A stretch of 64,000 bases of DNA from positions 210,614,001 through 210,678,000 of the forward strand of contig OZ024741.1 in the NCBI GenBank assembly GCA_964016885.1, read 5' to 3'. Made by a program: the position numbers and the translations under genes. Positions 24,901 through 39,800 of this stretch are shown one piece after another. The DNA is from Eledone cirrhosa (taxonomy: Eukaryota). Position 1 is the stretch's first letter, and every line of letters begins with the position of its first letter. The notes under the pieces were generated by a model, which was given only the letters and a program-made list of their open reading frames with translations, made no database searches and had not been told where the DNA came from.

Positions 24901-26575
24901 CACCTATCTCACCCTCAGTCCACTGTCTCAGCCACAGTCCACCTATCTCAGCCTCAGTCCACTGTCTCAGCCTCAGTCCACCGTCTCAGCCACAGTCCAC
25001 TGTCTCAGCCACAGTCCACTGTCTCAGCCACAGTCCACTGTCTCAGCCACAGTCCACCTATCTCAGCCACAGTCCACTGTCTCAGCCTCAGTTCACCTAT
25101 CTCAACCACAGTCCACTGTCTCAGCCTCAGTTCACCTATCTCAACCACAGTCCACCTATCTCAACCACAGTCCACTGTCTCAGCCTCAGTTCACCTATCT
25201 CAACCACAGTCCACCTATCTCAGCCACAGTCCACTGTCTCAGCCTCAGTCCACCGTCTCAGCCACAGTCCACTGTCTCAGCCACAGTCCACTGTCTCAGC
25301 CACAGTCCACTGTCTCAGCCACAGTCCACCTATCTCAGCCACAGTCCACTGTCTCAGCCTCAGTTCACCTATCTCAACCACAGTCCACTGTCTCAGCCTC
25401 AGTTCACCTATCTCAGCCACAGTCCACTGTCTCAGCCACAGTCCACCTATCTCAGTCTCAGTCCACTGTCTCAGCCACAGTCCACCTATCTCAGCCACAG
25501 TCCACTGTCTCAGCCTCAGTTCACCTATCTCAGCCACAGTCCACTGTCTCAGCCACAGTCCACCTATCTCAGCCACAGTCCACTGTCTCAGCCTCAGTTC
25601 ACCTATCTCAACCACAGTCCACTGTCTCAGCCTCAGTTCACCTATCTCAGCCACAGTCCACCTATCTCAGTCTCAGTCAACTGTCTCAGCCACAGTCCAC
25701 CTATCTCAGCCACAGTCCACTGTCTCAGCCTCAGTTCACCTATCTCAGCCACAGTCCACCTATCTCAGTCTCAGTCCACTGTCTCAGCCACAGTCCACCT
25801 ATCTCAGCCACAGTCCACTGTCTCAGCCTCAGTTCACCTATCTCAACCACAGTCCACCTATCTCAGTCTCAGTCCACTGTCTCAGCCACAGTCCACCTAT
25901 CTCAGCCACAGTCTACTGTCTCAGCCTCAGTTCACCTATCTCAACCACAGTCCACCTATCTCAGTCTCAGTCCACTGTCTCAGCCACAGTCCACCTATCT
26001 CAACCACAGTCCACTGTCTCAGCCTCAGTTCACCTATCTCAGCCACAGTCCACCTATCTCAGTCTCAGTCCACTATCTCAGCCACAGTCCACCTATCTCA
26101 GCCACAGTCCACTGTCTCAGCCTCAGTTCACCTATCTCAACCACAGTCCACCTATCTCAGTCTCAGTCCACTGTCTCAGCCACAGTCCACTGTCTCAGCC
26201 ACAGTCCACCTATCTCAGCCACAGTCCACTGTCTCAGCCTCAGTTCACCTATCTCAACCACAGTTTCACCTATCTCAGCCTCAGTCCACTGTCTCAGCCT
26301 CAGTTCACCTATCTCAGCCACAGTCCACTGTCTCAGCCACAGTCCACCTATCTCAGCCACAGTCCACTGTCTCAGCCACAGTCCACCTATCTCAACCACA
26401 GTCCACTGTCTCAGCCACAGTCCACCTATCTCAGCCACAGTCCACTGTCTCAGCCTCAGTTCACCTATCTCAACCACAGTCCACCTATCTCAGTCTCAGT
26501 CCACTGTCTCAGCCACAGTCCACTGTCTCAGCCACAGTCCACCTATCTCAGCCACAGTCCACTGTCTCAGCCTCA
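20220..26575 (+). repeat. 3,170-bp tandem duplication (boundaries approximate)
   Basis: AGCGAC 21489/24659, the 21-bp monomer CAGTTTCACC 23091/26261, and minus-strand ORFs 22107/25277 and 22993/26163 are all offset by 3,170. Confidence 0.92.
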
Positions 26576-26669
26576 GTTCACCTATCTCAACCACAGTCCA
26601 CCTATCTCAGCCTCAGTCCACTGTCTCAGCCTCAGTTCACCTATCTCAGCCTCAGTTCACCTATCTCAG

Positions 26670-29600
26670 CCACAGTCCACCTATCTCAGCCACAGTCCAC
26701 TGTCTCAGCCACAGTCCACCTATCTCAACCACAGTCCACTGTCTCAGCCACAGTCCACCTATCTCAGCCTCAGTCCACTGTCTCAGCCTCAGTCCACTGT
26801 CTCAGCCACAGTCCACTGTCTCAGCCTCAGTCCACTGTCTCAGCCACAGTCCACCTATCTCAGCCACAGTCCACTGTCTCAGCCACAGTCCACCTATCTC
26901 AGCCAGAGTCCACTGTCTCAGCCTCAGTCCACCTATCTCAGCCAGAGTCCACTGTCTCAGCCTCAGTCCACTGTCTCAGCTACAGTCCGCCTATCTCAGC
27001 CACAGTCCACCTATCTCACCCTCAGTCCACTGTCTCAGCCACAGTCCACCTATCTCAGCCTCAGTCCACTGTCTCAGCCTCAGTCCACTGTCTCAGCCTC
27101 AGTCCACCTATCTCAACCTCAGTCCACTGTCTCAGCCTCAGTCCACTGTCTCAGCCTCAGTCCACCTATCTCAGCCACAGTCCACTGTCTCACCCTCAGT
27201 CCACCGTCTCAGCCACAGTCCACTGTCTCAGCCACAGTCCACTGTCTCAGCCACAGTCCACTGTCTCAGCCACAGTCCACTGTCTCAGCCTCAGTTCACC
27301 TATCTCAACCACAGTCCACTGTCTCAGCCTCAGTTCACCTTTCTCAACCACAGTCCACTGTCTCAGCCTCAGTCCACTGTCTCAGCCTCAGTTCACCTAT
27401 CTCAACCACAGTCCACTGTCTCAGCCTCAGTCCACTGTCTCAGCCACAGTCCACTGTCTCAGCCACAGTCCACTGTCTCAGCCTCAGTCCACTGTCTCAG
27501 CCACAGTCCACTGTCTCAGTCTCAGTCCACTGTCTCAGCCTCAGTCCACCTATCTCAGCCACAGTCCACTGTCTCAACCACAGTCCACTGTCTCAGCCTC
27601 AGTTCACCTATCTAAACCACAGTCCACTGTCTCAGCCTCAGTCCACTGTCTCAGCCACAGTCCACTGTCTCAGCCTCAGTCCACTGTCTCAGCCACAGTC
27701 CACCTATCTCAGCCACAGTCCACTGTCTCAGCCACAGTCCACCTATCTCAGCCACAGTCCACTGTCTCAGCCACAGTCCACCTATCTCAACCACAGTCCA
27801 CTGTCTCAGCCTCAGTTCACCTATCTCAGCCACAGTCCACTGTCTCAGCCTCAGTCCACTGTCTCAGCCACAGTCCACCTATCTCAGCCATAGTCCACTG
27901 TCTCAGCCACAGTCCACCTATCTCAGCCACAGTCCACCTATCTCAGCCACAGTCCACTGTCTCAGCCACAGTCCACCTATCTCAGCCACAGTCCACCTAT
28001 CTCAGCCACAGTCCACTGTCTCAGCCACAGTCCACCTATCTCAGTCTCAGTCCACTGTCTCAGCCACAGTCCACTGTCTCAGTCTCAGTCCACCTATCTC
28101 AGTCTCAGTCCACTGTCACAGCCACAGTCCACTGTCTCAGTCTCAGTCCACCTATCTCAGTCTCAGTCCACTGTCTCAGCCACAGTCCACCTATCTCAGC
28201 CACAGTCCACTGTCTCAGTCTCAGTCCACCTATCTCAGTCTCAGTCCACTGTCTCAGCCACAGTCCACTGTCTCAGTCTCAGTCCACCTATCTCAGCCAC
28301 AGTCCACTGTCTCAGCCTCAGTCCACTGTCTCAGCCACAGTCCACTGTCTCAGCCTCAGTCCACTGTCTCAGCCTCAGTCCACCTATCTCAACCACAGTC
28401 CACTGTCTCAGCCTCAGTTCACCTATCTCAGCCACAGTCCACTGTCTCAGCCTCAGTCCACTGTCTCAGCAACAGTCCACTGTCTCAGCCTCAGTCCACT
28501 GTCTCAGCCTCAGTCCACCTATCTCAACCACAGTCCACTGTCTCAGCCACAGTCCACCTATCTCAGCCACAGTCCACTGTCTCAGCCTCAGTCCACTGTC
28601 TCAGCCACAGTCCACCTATCTCAGCCACAGTCCACTGTCTCAGCCACAGTCCACTGTCTCAGTCTCAGTCCACCTATCTCAGCCACAGTCCACTGTCTCA
28701 GCCACAGTCCACCTATCTCAGCCACAGTCCACCTATCTCAGCCACAGTCCACTGTCTCAGCCACAGTCCACCTATCTCAGTCTCAGTCCACTGTCTCAGC
28801 CACAGTCCACTGTCTCAGTCTCAGTCCACCTATCTCAGCCACAGTCCACTGTCTCAGCCACAGTCCACCTATCTCAGCCACAGTCCACTGTCTCAGCCAC
28901 ATTCCACCTATCTCAGTCTCAGTCCACTGTCTCGGCCACAGTCCACTGTCTCATTCTCAGTCCACCTATCTCAGCCACAGTCCACTGTCTCAGCCACAGT
29001 CCACCTATCTCAGCCACAGTCCACCTATCTCAGCCACAGTCCACCTATCTCACCCTCAGTCCACTGTCTCAGCCACAGTCCACCTATCTCAGCCTCAGTC
29101 CACTGTCTCAGCCTCAGTCCACTGTCTCAGCCTCAGTCCACCTATCTCAGCCTCAGTCCACTGTCTCAGCCTCAGTCCACTGTCTCAGCCTCAGTCCACC
29201 TATCTCAGCCACAGTCCACTGTCTCACCCTCAGTCCACCGTCTCAGCCACAGTCCACTGTCTCAGCCACAGTCCACTGTCTCAGCCACAGTCCACTGTCT
29301 CAGCCACAGTCCACTGTCTCAGCCTCAGTTCACCTATCTCAACCACAGTCCACTGTCTCAGCCTCAGTTCACCTATCTCAACCACAGTCCACTGTCTCAG
29401 CCTCAGTCCACTGTCTCAGCCTCAGTTCACCTATCTCAACCACAGTCCACTGTCTCAGCCTCAGTCCACTGTCTCAGCCACAGTCCACTGTCTCAGCCAC
29501 AGTCCACTGTCTCAGCCTCAGTCCACTGTCTCAGCCACAGTCCACTGTCTCAGTCTCAGTCCACTGTCTCAGCCTCAGTGCACCTATCTCAGCCACAGTC

Positions 29601-32600
29601 CACTGTCTCAACCACAGTCCACTGTCTCAGCCTCAGTTCACCTATCTCAACCACAGTCCACTGTCTCAGCCTCAGTCCACTGTCTCAGCCACAGTCCACT
29701 GTCTCAGCCTCAGTCCACTGTCTCAGCCACAGTCCACCTATCTCAGCCACAGTCCACTGTCTCAGCCACAGTCCACCTATCTCAGCCACAGTCCACTGTC
29801 TCAGCCACAGTCCACCTATCTCGGCCACAGTACACTGTCTCAGCCTCAGTTCACCTATCTCAACCACAGTCCACTGTCTCAGCCTCAGTTCACCTATCTC
29901 AGCCACAGTCCACTGTCTCAGCCACAGTCCACCTATCTCAGTCTCAGTCCACTGTCTCAGCCACAGTCCACCTATCTCAGCCACAGTCCACTGTCTCAGC
30001 CTCAGTTCACCTATCTCAACCACAGTCCACTGTCTCAGCCTCAGTTCACCTAACTCAGCCACAGTCCACCTATCTCAGTCTCAGTCCACTGTCTCAGCCA
30101 CAGTCCACCTATCTCAGCCACAGTCCACTGTCTCAGCCACAGTCCACCTATCTCAGCCACAGTCCACTGTCTCAGCCTCAGTTCACCTATCTCAACCACA
30201 GTCCACCTATCTCAGTCTCAGTCCACTGTCTCAGCCACAGTCCACTGTCTCAGCCACAGTCCACCTATCTCAGCCACAGTCCACTGTCTCAGCCTCAGTT
30301 CACCTATCTCAACCACAGTCCACCTATCTCAGCCTCAGTCCACTGTCTCAGCCTCAGTTCACCTATCTCAGCCACAGTCCACTGTCTCAGCCACAGTCCA
30401 CCTATCTCAGCCACAGTCCACTGTCTCAGCCACAGTCCACCTATCTCAACCACAGTCCACTGTCTCAGCCACAGTCCACCTATCTCAGCCTCAGTCCACT
30501 GTCTCAGCCTCAGTCCACTGTCTCAGCCACAGTCCACTGTCTCAGCCTCAGTCCACTGTCTCAGCCACAGTCCACCTATCTCAGCCACAGTCCACTGTCT
30601 CAGCCACAGTCCACCTATCTCAGCCAGAGTCCACTGTCTCAGCCTCAGTCCACCTATCTCAGCCAGAGTCCACTGTCTCAGCCTCAGTCCACTGTCTCAG
30701 CCACAGTCCGCCTATCTCAGCCACAGTCCACCTATCTCACCCTCAGTCCACTGTCTCAGCCACAGTCCACCTATCTCAGCCTCAGTCCACTGTCTCAGCC
30801 TCAGTCCACTGTCTCAGCCTCAGTCCACCTATCTCAACCTCAGTCCACTGTCTCAGCCTCAGTCCACTGTCTCAGCCTCAGTCCACCTATCTCAGCCACA
30901 GTCCACTGTCTCACCCTCAGTCCACCGTCTCAGCCACAGTCCACTGTCTCAGCCACAGTCCACTGTCTCAGCCACAGTCCACTGTCTCAGCCACAGTCCA
31001 CTGTCTCAGCCTCAGTTCACCTATCTCAACCACAGTCCACTGTCTCAGCCTCAGTTCACCTTTCTCAACCACAGTCCACTGTCTCAGCCTCAGTCCACTG
31101 TCTCAGCCTCAGTTCACCTATCTCAACCACAGTCCACTGTCTCAGCCTCAGTCCACTGTCTCAGCCACAGTCCACTGTCTCAGCCACAGTCCACTGTCTC
31201 AGCCTCAGTCCACTGTCTCAGCCACAGTCCACTGTCTCAGTCTCAGTCCACTGTCTCAGCCTCAGTCCACCTATCTCAGCCACAGTCCACTGTCTCAACC
31301 ACAGTCCACTGTCTCAGCCTCAGTTCACCTATCTAAACCACAGTCCACTGTCTCAGCCTCAGTCCACTGTCTCAGCCACAGTCCACTGTCTCAGCCTCAG
31401 TCCACTGTCTCAGCCACAGTCCACCTATCTCAGCCACAGTCCACTGTCTCAGCCACAGTCCACCTATCTCAGCCACAGTCCACTGTCTCAGCCACAGTCC
31501 ACCTATCTCAACCACAGTCCACTGTCTCAGCCTCAGTTCACCTATCTCAGCCACAGTCCACTGTCTCAGCCTCAGTCCACTGTCTCAGCCACAGTCCACC
31601 TATCTCAGCCATAGTCCACTGTCTCAGCCACAGTCCACCTATCTCAGCCACAGTCCACCTATCTCAGCCACAGTCCACTGTCTCAGCCACAGTCCACCTA
31701 TCTCAGCCACAGTCCACCTATCTCAGCCACAGTCCACTGTCTCAGCCACAGTCCACCTATCTCAGTCTCAGTCCACTGTCTCAGCCACAGTCCACTGTCT
31801 CAGTCTCAGTCCACCTATCTCAGTCTCAGTCCACTGTCACAGCCACAGTCCACTGTCTCAGTCTCAGTCCACCTATCTCAGTCTCAGTCCACTGTCTCAG
31901 CCACAGTCCACCTATCTCAGCCACAGTCCACTGTCTCAGTCTCAGTCCACCTATCTCAGTCTCAGTCCACTGTCTCAGCCACAGTCCACTGTCTCAGTCT
32001 CAGTCCACCTATCTCAGCCACAGTCCACTGTCTCAGCCTAAGTCCACTGTCTCAGCCACAGTCCACTGTCTCAGCCTCAGTCCACTGTCTCAGCCTCAGT
32101 CCACCTATCTCAACCACAGTCCACTGTCTCAGCCTCAGTTCACCTATCTCAGCCACAGTCCACTGTCTCAGCCTCAGTCCACTGTCTCAGCAACAGTCCA
32201 CTGTCTCAGCCTCAGTCCACTGTCTCAGCCTCAGTCCACCTATCTCAACCACAGTCCACTGTTTCAGCCACAGTCCACCTATCTCAGCCACAGTCCACTG
32301 TCTCAGCCTCAGTCCACTGTCTCAGCCACAGTCCACCTATCTCAGCCACAGTCCACTGTCTCAGCCACAGTCCACTGTCTCAGTCTCAGTCCACCTATCT
32401 CAGCCACAGTCCACTGTCTCAGCCACAGTCCACCTATCTCAGCCACAGTCCACCTATCTCAGCCACAGTCCACTGTCTCAGCCACAGTCCACCTATCTCA
32501 GTCTCAGTCCACTGTCTCAGCCACAGTCCACTGTCTCAGTCTCAGTCCACCTATCTCAGCCACAGTCCACTGTCTCAGCCACAGTCCACCTATCTCAGCC

Positions 32601-33859
32601 ACAGTCCACTGTCTCAGCCACATTCCACCTATCTCAGTCTCAGTCCACTGTCTCAGCCACAGTCCACTGTCTCATTCTCAGTCCACCTATCTCAGCCACA
32701 GTCCACTGTCTCAGCCACAGTCCACCTATCTCAGCCACAGTCCACCTATCTCAGCCACAGTCCACCTATCTCACCCTCAGTCCACTGTCTCAGCCACAGT
32801 CCACCTATCTCAGCCTCAGTCCACTGTCTCAGCCTCAGTCCACTGTCTCAGCCTCAGTCCACCTATCTCAGCCTCAGTCCACTGTCTCAGCCTCAGTCCA
32901 CTGTCTCAGCCTCAGTCCACCTATCTCAGCCACAGTCCACTGTCTCACCCTCAGTCCACCGTCTCAGCCACAGTCCACTGTCTCAGCCACAGTCCACTGT
33001 CTCAGCCACAGTCCACTGTCTCAGCCACAGTCCACTGTCTCAGCCTCAGTTCACCTATCTCAACCACAGTCCACTGTCTCAGCCTCAGTTCACCTATCTC
33101 AACCACAGTCCACTGTCTCAGCCTCAGTCCACTGTCTCAGTCTCAGTTCACCTATCTCAACCACAGTCCACTGTCTCAGCCTCAGTCCACTGTCTCAGCC
33201 ACAGTCCACTGTCTCAGCCACAGTCCACTGTCTCAGCCTCAGTCCACTGTCTCAGCCACAGTCCACTGTCTCAGTCTCAGTCCACTGTCTCAGCCTCAGT
33301 GCACCTATCTCAGCCACAGTCCACTGTCTCAACCACAGTCCACTGTCTCAGCCTCAGTTCACCTATCTCAACCACAGTCCACTGTCTCAGCCTCAGTCCA
33401 CTGTCTCAGCCACAGTCCACTGTCTCAGCCTCAGTCCACTGTCTCAGCCACAGTCCACCTATCTCAGCCACAGTCCACTGTCTCAGCCACAGTCCACCTA
33501 TCTCAGCCACAGTCCACTGTCTCAGCCACAGTCCACCTATCTCGGCCACAGTACACTGTCTCAGCCTCAGTTCACCTATCTCAACCACAGTCCACTGTCT
33601 CAGCCTCAGTTCACCTATCTCAGCCACAGTCCACTGTCTCAGCCACAGTCCACCTATCTCAGTCTCAGTCCACTGTCTCAGCCACAGTCCACCTATCTCA
33701 GCCACAGTCCACTGTCTCAGCCTCAGTTCACCTATCTCAACCACAGTCCACTGTCTCAGCCTCAGTTCACCTATCTCAGCCACAGTCCACCTATCTCAGT
33801 CTCAGTCCACTGTCTCAGCCACAGTCCACCTATCTCAGCCACAGTCCACTGTCTCAGCC
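26670..33859 (+). repeat. 3,721-bp-offset duplication (about 26670-30138 vs 30391-33859)
   Basis: GTGCAC 29578/33299, TCGGCCACAGTAC 29821/33542 and ORFs 27651/31372 are all offset by 3,721. Confidence 0.92.
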
Positions 33860-36800
33860 TCAGTTCACCTATCTCAGCCACAGTCCACCTATCTCAGTCT
33901 CAGTCCACTGTCTCAGCCACAGTCCACCTATCTCAGCCACAGTCCACTGTCTCAGCCTCAGTTCACCTATCTCAACCACAGTCCACCTATCTCAGTCTCA
34001 GTCCACTGTCTCAGCCACAGTCCACCTATCTCAGCCACAGTCCACTGTCTCAGCCTCAGTTCACCTATCTCAACCACAGTCCACCTATCTCAGTCTCAGT
34101 CCACTGTCTCAGCCACAGTCCACCTATCTCAACCACAGTCCACTGTCTCAGCCTCAGTTCACCTATCTCAGCCACAGTCCACCTATCTCAGTCTCAGTCC
34201 ACTGTCTCAGCCACAGTCCACCTATCTCAGCCACAGTCCACTGTCTCAGCCTCAGTTCACCTATCTCAACCACAGTCCACCTATCTCAGTCTCAGTCCAC
34301 TGTCTCAGCCACAGTCCACTGTCTCAGCCACAGTCCACCTATCTCAGCCACAGTCCACTGTCTCAGCCTCAGTTCACCTATCTCAACCACAGTCCACCTA
34401 TCTCAGCCTCAGTCCACTGTCTCAGCCTCAGTTCACCTATCTCAGCCACAGTCCACTGTCTCAGCCACAGTCCACCTATCTCAGCCACAGTCCACTGTCT
34501 CAGCCACAGTCCACCTATCTCAACCACAGTCCACTGTCTCAGCCACAGTCCACCTATCTAAGCCACAGTCCACTGTCTCAGCCTCAGTTCACCTATCTCA
34601 ACCACAGTCCACCTATCTCAGTCTCAGTCCACTGTCTCAGCCACAGTCCACTGTCTCAGCCACAGTCCACCTATCTCAGCCACAGTCCACTGTCTCAGCC
34701 TCAGTTCACCTATCTCAACCACAGTCCACCTATCTCAGCCTCAGTCCACTGTCTCAGCCTCAGTTCACCTATCTCAGCCACAGTCCACTGTCTCAGCCAC
34801 AGTCCACCTATCTCAGCCACAGTCCACTGTCTCAGCCACAGTCCACCTATCTCAACCACAGTCCACTGTCTCAGCCACAGTCCACCTATCTCAGCCTCAG
34901 TCCACTGTCTCAGCCTCAGTCCACTGTCTCAGCCACAGTCCACTGTCTCAGCCTCAGTCCACTGTCTCAGCCACAGTCCACCTATCTCAGCCACAGTCCA
35001 CTGTCTCAGCCACAGTCCACCTATCTCAGCCACAGTCCACTGTCTCAGCCTCAGTCCACCTATCTCAGCCAGAGTCCACTGTCTCAGCCTCAGTCCACTG
35101 TCTCAGCCACAGTCCGCCTATCTCAGCCACAGTCCACCTATCTCACCCTCAGTCCACTGTCTCAGCCACAGTCCACCTATCTCAGCCTCAGTCCACTGTC
35201 TCAGCCTCAGTCCACTGTCTCAGCCTCAGTCCACCTATCTCAACCTCAGTCCACTGTCTCAGCCTCAGTCCACTGTCTCAGCCTCAGTCCACCTATCTCA
35301 GCCACAGTCCACTGTCTCACCCTCAGTCCACCGTCTCAGCCACAGTCCACTGTCTCAGCCACAGTCCACTGTCTCAGCCACAGTCCACTGTCTCAGCCAC
35401 AGTCCACTGTCTCAGCCTCAGTCCACCTATCTCAACCACAGTCCACTGTCTCAGCCTCAGTCCACTGTCTCAGCCACAGTCCACCTATTTCAGCCACAGT
35501 CCACTGTCTCAGCCACAGTCCACCTATCTCAACCACAGTCCACTGTCTCAGCCTCAGTCCACTGTCTCAGCCACAGTCCACCTATTTCAGCCACAGTCCA
35601 CTGTCTCAGCCACAGTCCACCTATCTCAGCCACAGTCCACTGTCTCAGCCACAGTCCACCTATCTCAGCCAGAGTCCACTGTCTCAGCCTCAGTCCACCT
35701 ATCTCAGCCAGAGTCCACTGTCTCAGCCTCAGTCCACTGTCTCAGCCACAGTCCGCCTATCTCAGCCACAGTCCACCTATCTCACCCTCAGTCCACTGTC
35801 TCAGCCACAGTCCACCTATCTCAGCCTCAGTCCACTGTCTCAGCCTCAGTCCACTGTCTCAGCCTCAGTCCACCTATCTCAACCTCAGTCCACTGTCTCA
35901 GCCTCAGTCCACTGTCTCAGCCTCAGTCCACCTATCTCAGCCACAGTCCACTGTCTCACCCTCAGTCCACCGTCTCAGCCACAGTCCACTGTCTCAGCCA
36001 CAGTCCACTGTCTCAGCCACAGTCCACTGTCTCAGCCACAGTCCACTGTCTCAGCCTCAGTTCACCTATCTCAACCACAGTCCACTGTCTCAGCCTCAGT
36101 TCACCTTTCTCAACCACAGTCCACTGTCTCAGCCTCAGTCCACTGTCTCAGCCTCAGTTCACCTATCTCAACCACAGTCCACTGTCTCAGCCTCAGTCCA
36201 CTGTCTCAGCCACAGTCCACTGTCTCAGCCAGAGTCCACTGTCTCAGCCTCAGTCCACTGTCTCAGCCACAGTCCACTGTCTCAGTCTCAGTCCACTGTC
36301 TCAGCCTCAGTCCACCTATCTCAGCCACAGTCCACTGTCTCAACCACAGTCCACTGTCTCAGCCTCAGTTCACCTATCTAAACCACAGTCCACTGTCTCA
36401 GCCTCAGTCCACTGTCTCAGCCACAGTCCACTGTCTCAGCCTCAGTCCACTGTCTCAGCCACAGTCCACCTATCTCAGCCACAGTCCACTGTCTCAGCCA
36501 CAGTCCACCTATCTCAGCCACAGTCCACTGTCTCAGCCACAGTCCACCTATCTCAACCACAGTCCACTGTCTCAGCCTCAGTTCACCTATCTCAGCCACA
36601 GTCCACTGTCTCAGCCTCAGTCCACTGTCTCAGCCACAGTCCACCTATCTCAGCCATAGTCCACTGTCTCAGCCACAGTCCACCTATCTCAGCCACAGTC
36701 CACCTATCTCAGCCACAGTCCACTGTCTCAGCCACAGTCCACCTATCTCAGCCACAGTCCACCTATCTCAGCCACAGTCCACTGTCTCAGCCACAGTCCA

Positions 36801-39800
36801 CCTATCTCAGTCTCAGTCCACTGTCTCAGCCACAGTCCACTGTCTCAGTCTCAGTCCACCTATCTCAGTCTCAGTCCACTGTCACAGCCACAGTCCACTG
36901 TCTCAGTCTCAGTCCACCTATCTCAGTCTCAGTCCACTGTCTCAGCCACAGTCCACCTATCTCAGCCACAGTCCACTGTCTCAGTCTCAGTCCACCTATC
37001 TCAGTCTCAGTCCACTGTCTCAGCCACAGTCCACTGTCTCAGTCTCAGTCCACCTATCTCAGCCACAGTCCACTGTCTCAGCCTAAGTCCACTGTCTCAG
37101 CCACAGTCCACTGTCTCAGCCTCAGTCCACTGTCTCAGCCTCAGTCCACCTATCTCAACCACAGTCCACTGTCTCAGCCTCAGTTCACCTATCTCAGCCA
37201 CAGTCCACTGTCTCAGCCTCAGTCCACTGTCTCAGCAACAGTCCACTGTCTCAGCCTCAGTCCACTGTCTCAGCCTCAGTCCACCTATCTCAACCACAGT
37301 CCACTGTTTCAGCCACAGTCCACCTATCTCAGCCACAGTCCACTGTCTCAGCCTCAGTCCACTGTCTCAGCCACAGTCCACCTATCTCAGCCACAGTCCA
37401 CTGTCTCAGCCACAGTCCACTGTCTCAGTCTCAGTCCACCTATCTCAGCCACAGTCCACTGTCTCAGCCACAGTCCACCTATCTCAGCCACAGTCCACCT
37501 ATCTCAGCCACAGTCCACTGTCTCAGCCACAGTCCACCTATCTCAGTCTCAGTCCACTGTCTCAGCCACAGTCCACTGTCTCAGTCTCAGTCCACCTATC
37601 TCAGCCACAGTCCACTGTCTCAGCCACAGTCCACCTATCTCAGCCACAGTCCACTGTCTCAGCCACATTCCACCTATCTCAGTCTCAGTCCACTGTCTCA
37701 GCCACAGTCCACTGTCTCATTCTCAGTCCACCTATCTCAGCCACAGTCCACTGTCTCAGCCACAGTCCACCTATCTCAGCCACAGTCCACCTATCTCAGC
37801 CACAGTCCACCTATCTCACCCTCAGTCCACTGTCTCAGCCACAGTCCACCTATCTCAGCCTCAGTCCACTGTCTCAGCCTCAGTCCACTGTCTCAGCCTC
37901 AGTCCACCTATCTCAGCCTCAGTCCACTGTCTCAGCCTCAGTCCACTGTCTCAGCCTCAGTCCACCTATCTCAGCCACAGTCCACTGTCTCACCCTCAGT
38001 CCACCGTCTCAGCCACAGTCCACTGTCTCAGCCACAGTCCACTGTCTCAGCCACAGTCCACTGTCTCAGCCACAGTCCACTGTCTCAGCCTCAGTTCACC
38101 TATCTCAACCACAGTCCACTGTCTCAGCCTCAGTTCACCTATCTCAACCACAGTCCACTGTCTCAGCCTCAGTCCACTGTCTCAGTCTCAGTTCACCTAT
38201 CTCAACCACAGTCCACTGTCTCAGCCTCAGTCCACTGTCTCAGCCACAGTCCACTGTCTCAGCCACAGTCAACTGTCTCAGCCTCAGTCCACTGTCTCAG
38301 CCACAGTCCACTGTCTCAGTCTCAGTCCACTGTCTCAGCCTCAGTGCACCTATCTCAGCCACAGTCCACTGTCTCAACCACAGTCCACTGTCTCAGCCTC
38401 AGTTCACCTATCTCAACCACAGTCCACTGTCTCAGCCTCAGTCCACTGTCTCAGCCACAGTCCACTGTCTCAGCCTCAGTCCACTGTCTCAGCCACAGTC
38501 CACCTATCTCAGCCACAGTCCACTGTCTCAGCCACAGTCCACCTATCTCAGCCACAGTCCACTGTCTCAGCCACAGTCCACCTATCTCGGCCACAGTACA
38601 CTGTCTCAGCCTCAGTTCACCTATCTCAACCACAGTCCACTGTCTCAGCCTCAGTTCACCTATCTCAGCCACAGTCCACTGTCTCAGCCACAGTCCACCT
38701 ATCTCAGTCTCAGTCCACTGTCTCAGCCACAGTCCACCTATCTCAGCCACAGTCCACTGTCTCAGCCTCAGTTCACCTATCTCAACCACAGTCCACTGTC
38801 TCAGCCTCAGTTCACCTATCTCAGCCACAGTCCACCTATCTCAGTCTCAGTCCACTGTCTCAGCCACAGTCCACCTATCTCAGCCACAGTCCACTGTCTC
38901 AGCCTCAGTTCACCTATCTCAGCCACAGTCCACCTATCTCAGTCTCAGTCCACTGTCTCAGCCACAGTCCACCTATCTCAGCCACAGTCCACTGTCTCAG
39001 CCTCAGTTCACCTATCTCAACCACAGTCCACCTATCTCAGTCTCAGTCCACTGTCTCAGCCACAGTCCACCTATCTCAGCCACAGTCCACTGTCTCAGCC
39101 TCAGTTCACCTATCTCAACCACAGTCCACCTATCGCAGTCTCAGTCCACTGTCTCAGCCACAGTCCACCTATCTCAACCACAGTCCACTGTCTCAGCCTC
39201 AGTTCACCTATCTCAGCCACAGTCCACCTATCTCAGTCTCAGTCCACTGTCTCAGCCACAGTCCACCTATCTCAGCCACAGTCCACTGTCTCAGCCTCAG
39301 TTCACCTATCTCAACCACAGTCCACCTATCTCAGTCTCAGTCCACTGTCTCAGCCACAGTCCACTGTCTCAGCCACAGTCCACCTATCTCAGCCACAGTC
39401 CACTGTCTCAGCCTCAGTTCACCTATCTCAACCACAGTCCACCTATCTCAGCCTCAGTCCACTGTCTCAGCCTCAGTTCACCTATCTCAGCCACAGTCCA
39501 CTGTCTCAGCCACAGTCCACCTATCTCAGCCACAGTCCACTGTCTCAGCCACAGTCCACCTATCTCAACCACAGTCCACTGTCTCAGCCACAGTCCACCT
39601 ATCTAAGCCACAGTCCACTGTCTCAGCCTCAGTTCACCTATCTCAACCACAGTCCACCTATCTCAGTCTCAGTCCACTGTCTCAGCCACAGTCCACTGTC
39701 TCAGCCACAGTCCACCTATCTCAGCCACAGTCCACTGTCTCAGCCTCAGTTCACCTATCTCAACCACAGTCCACCTATCTCAGCCTCAGTCCACTGTCTC

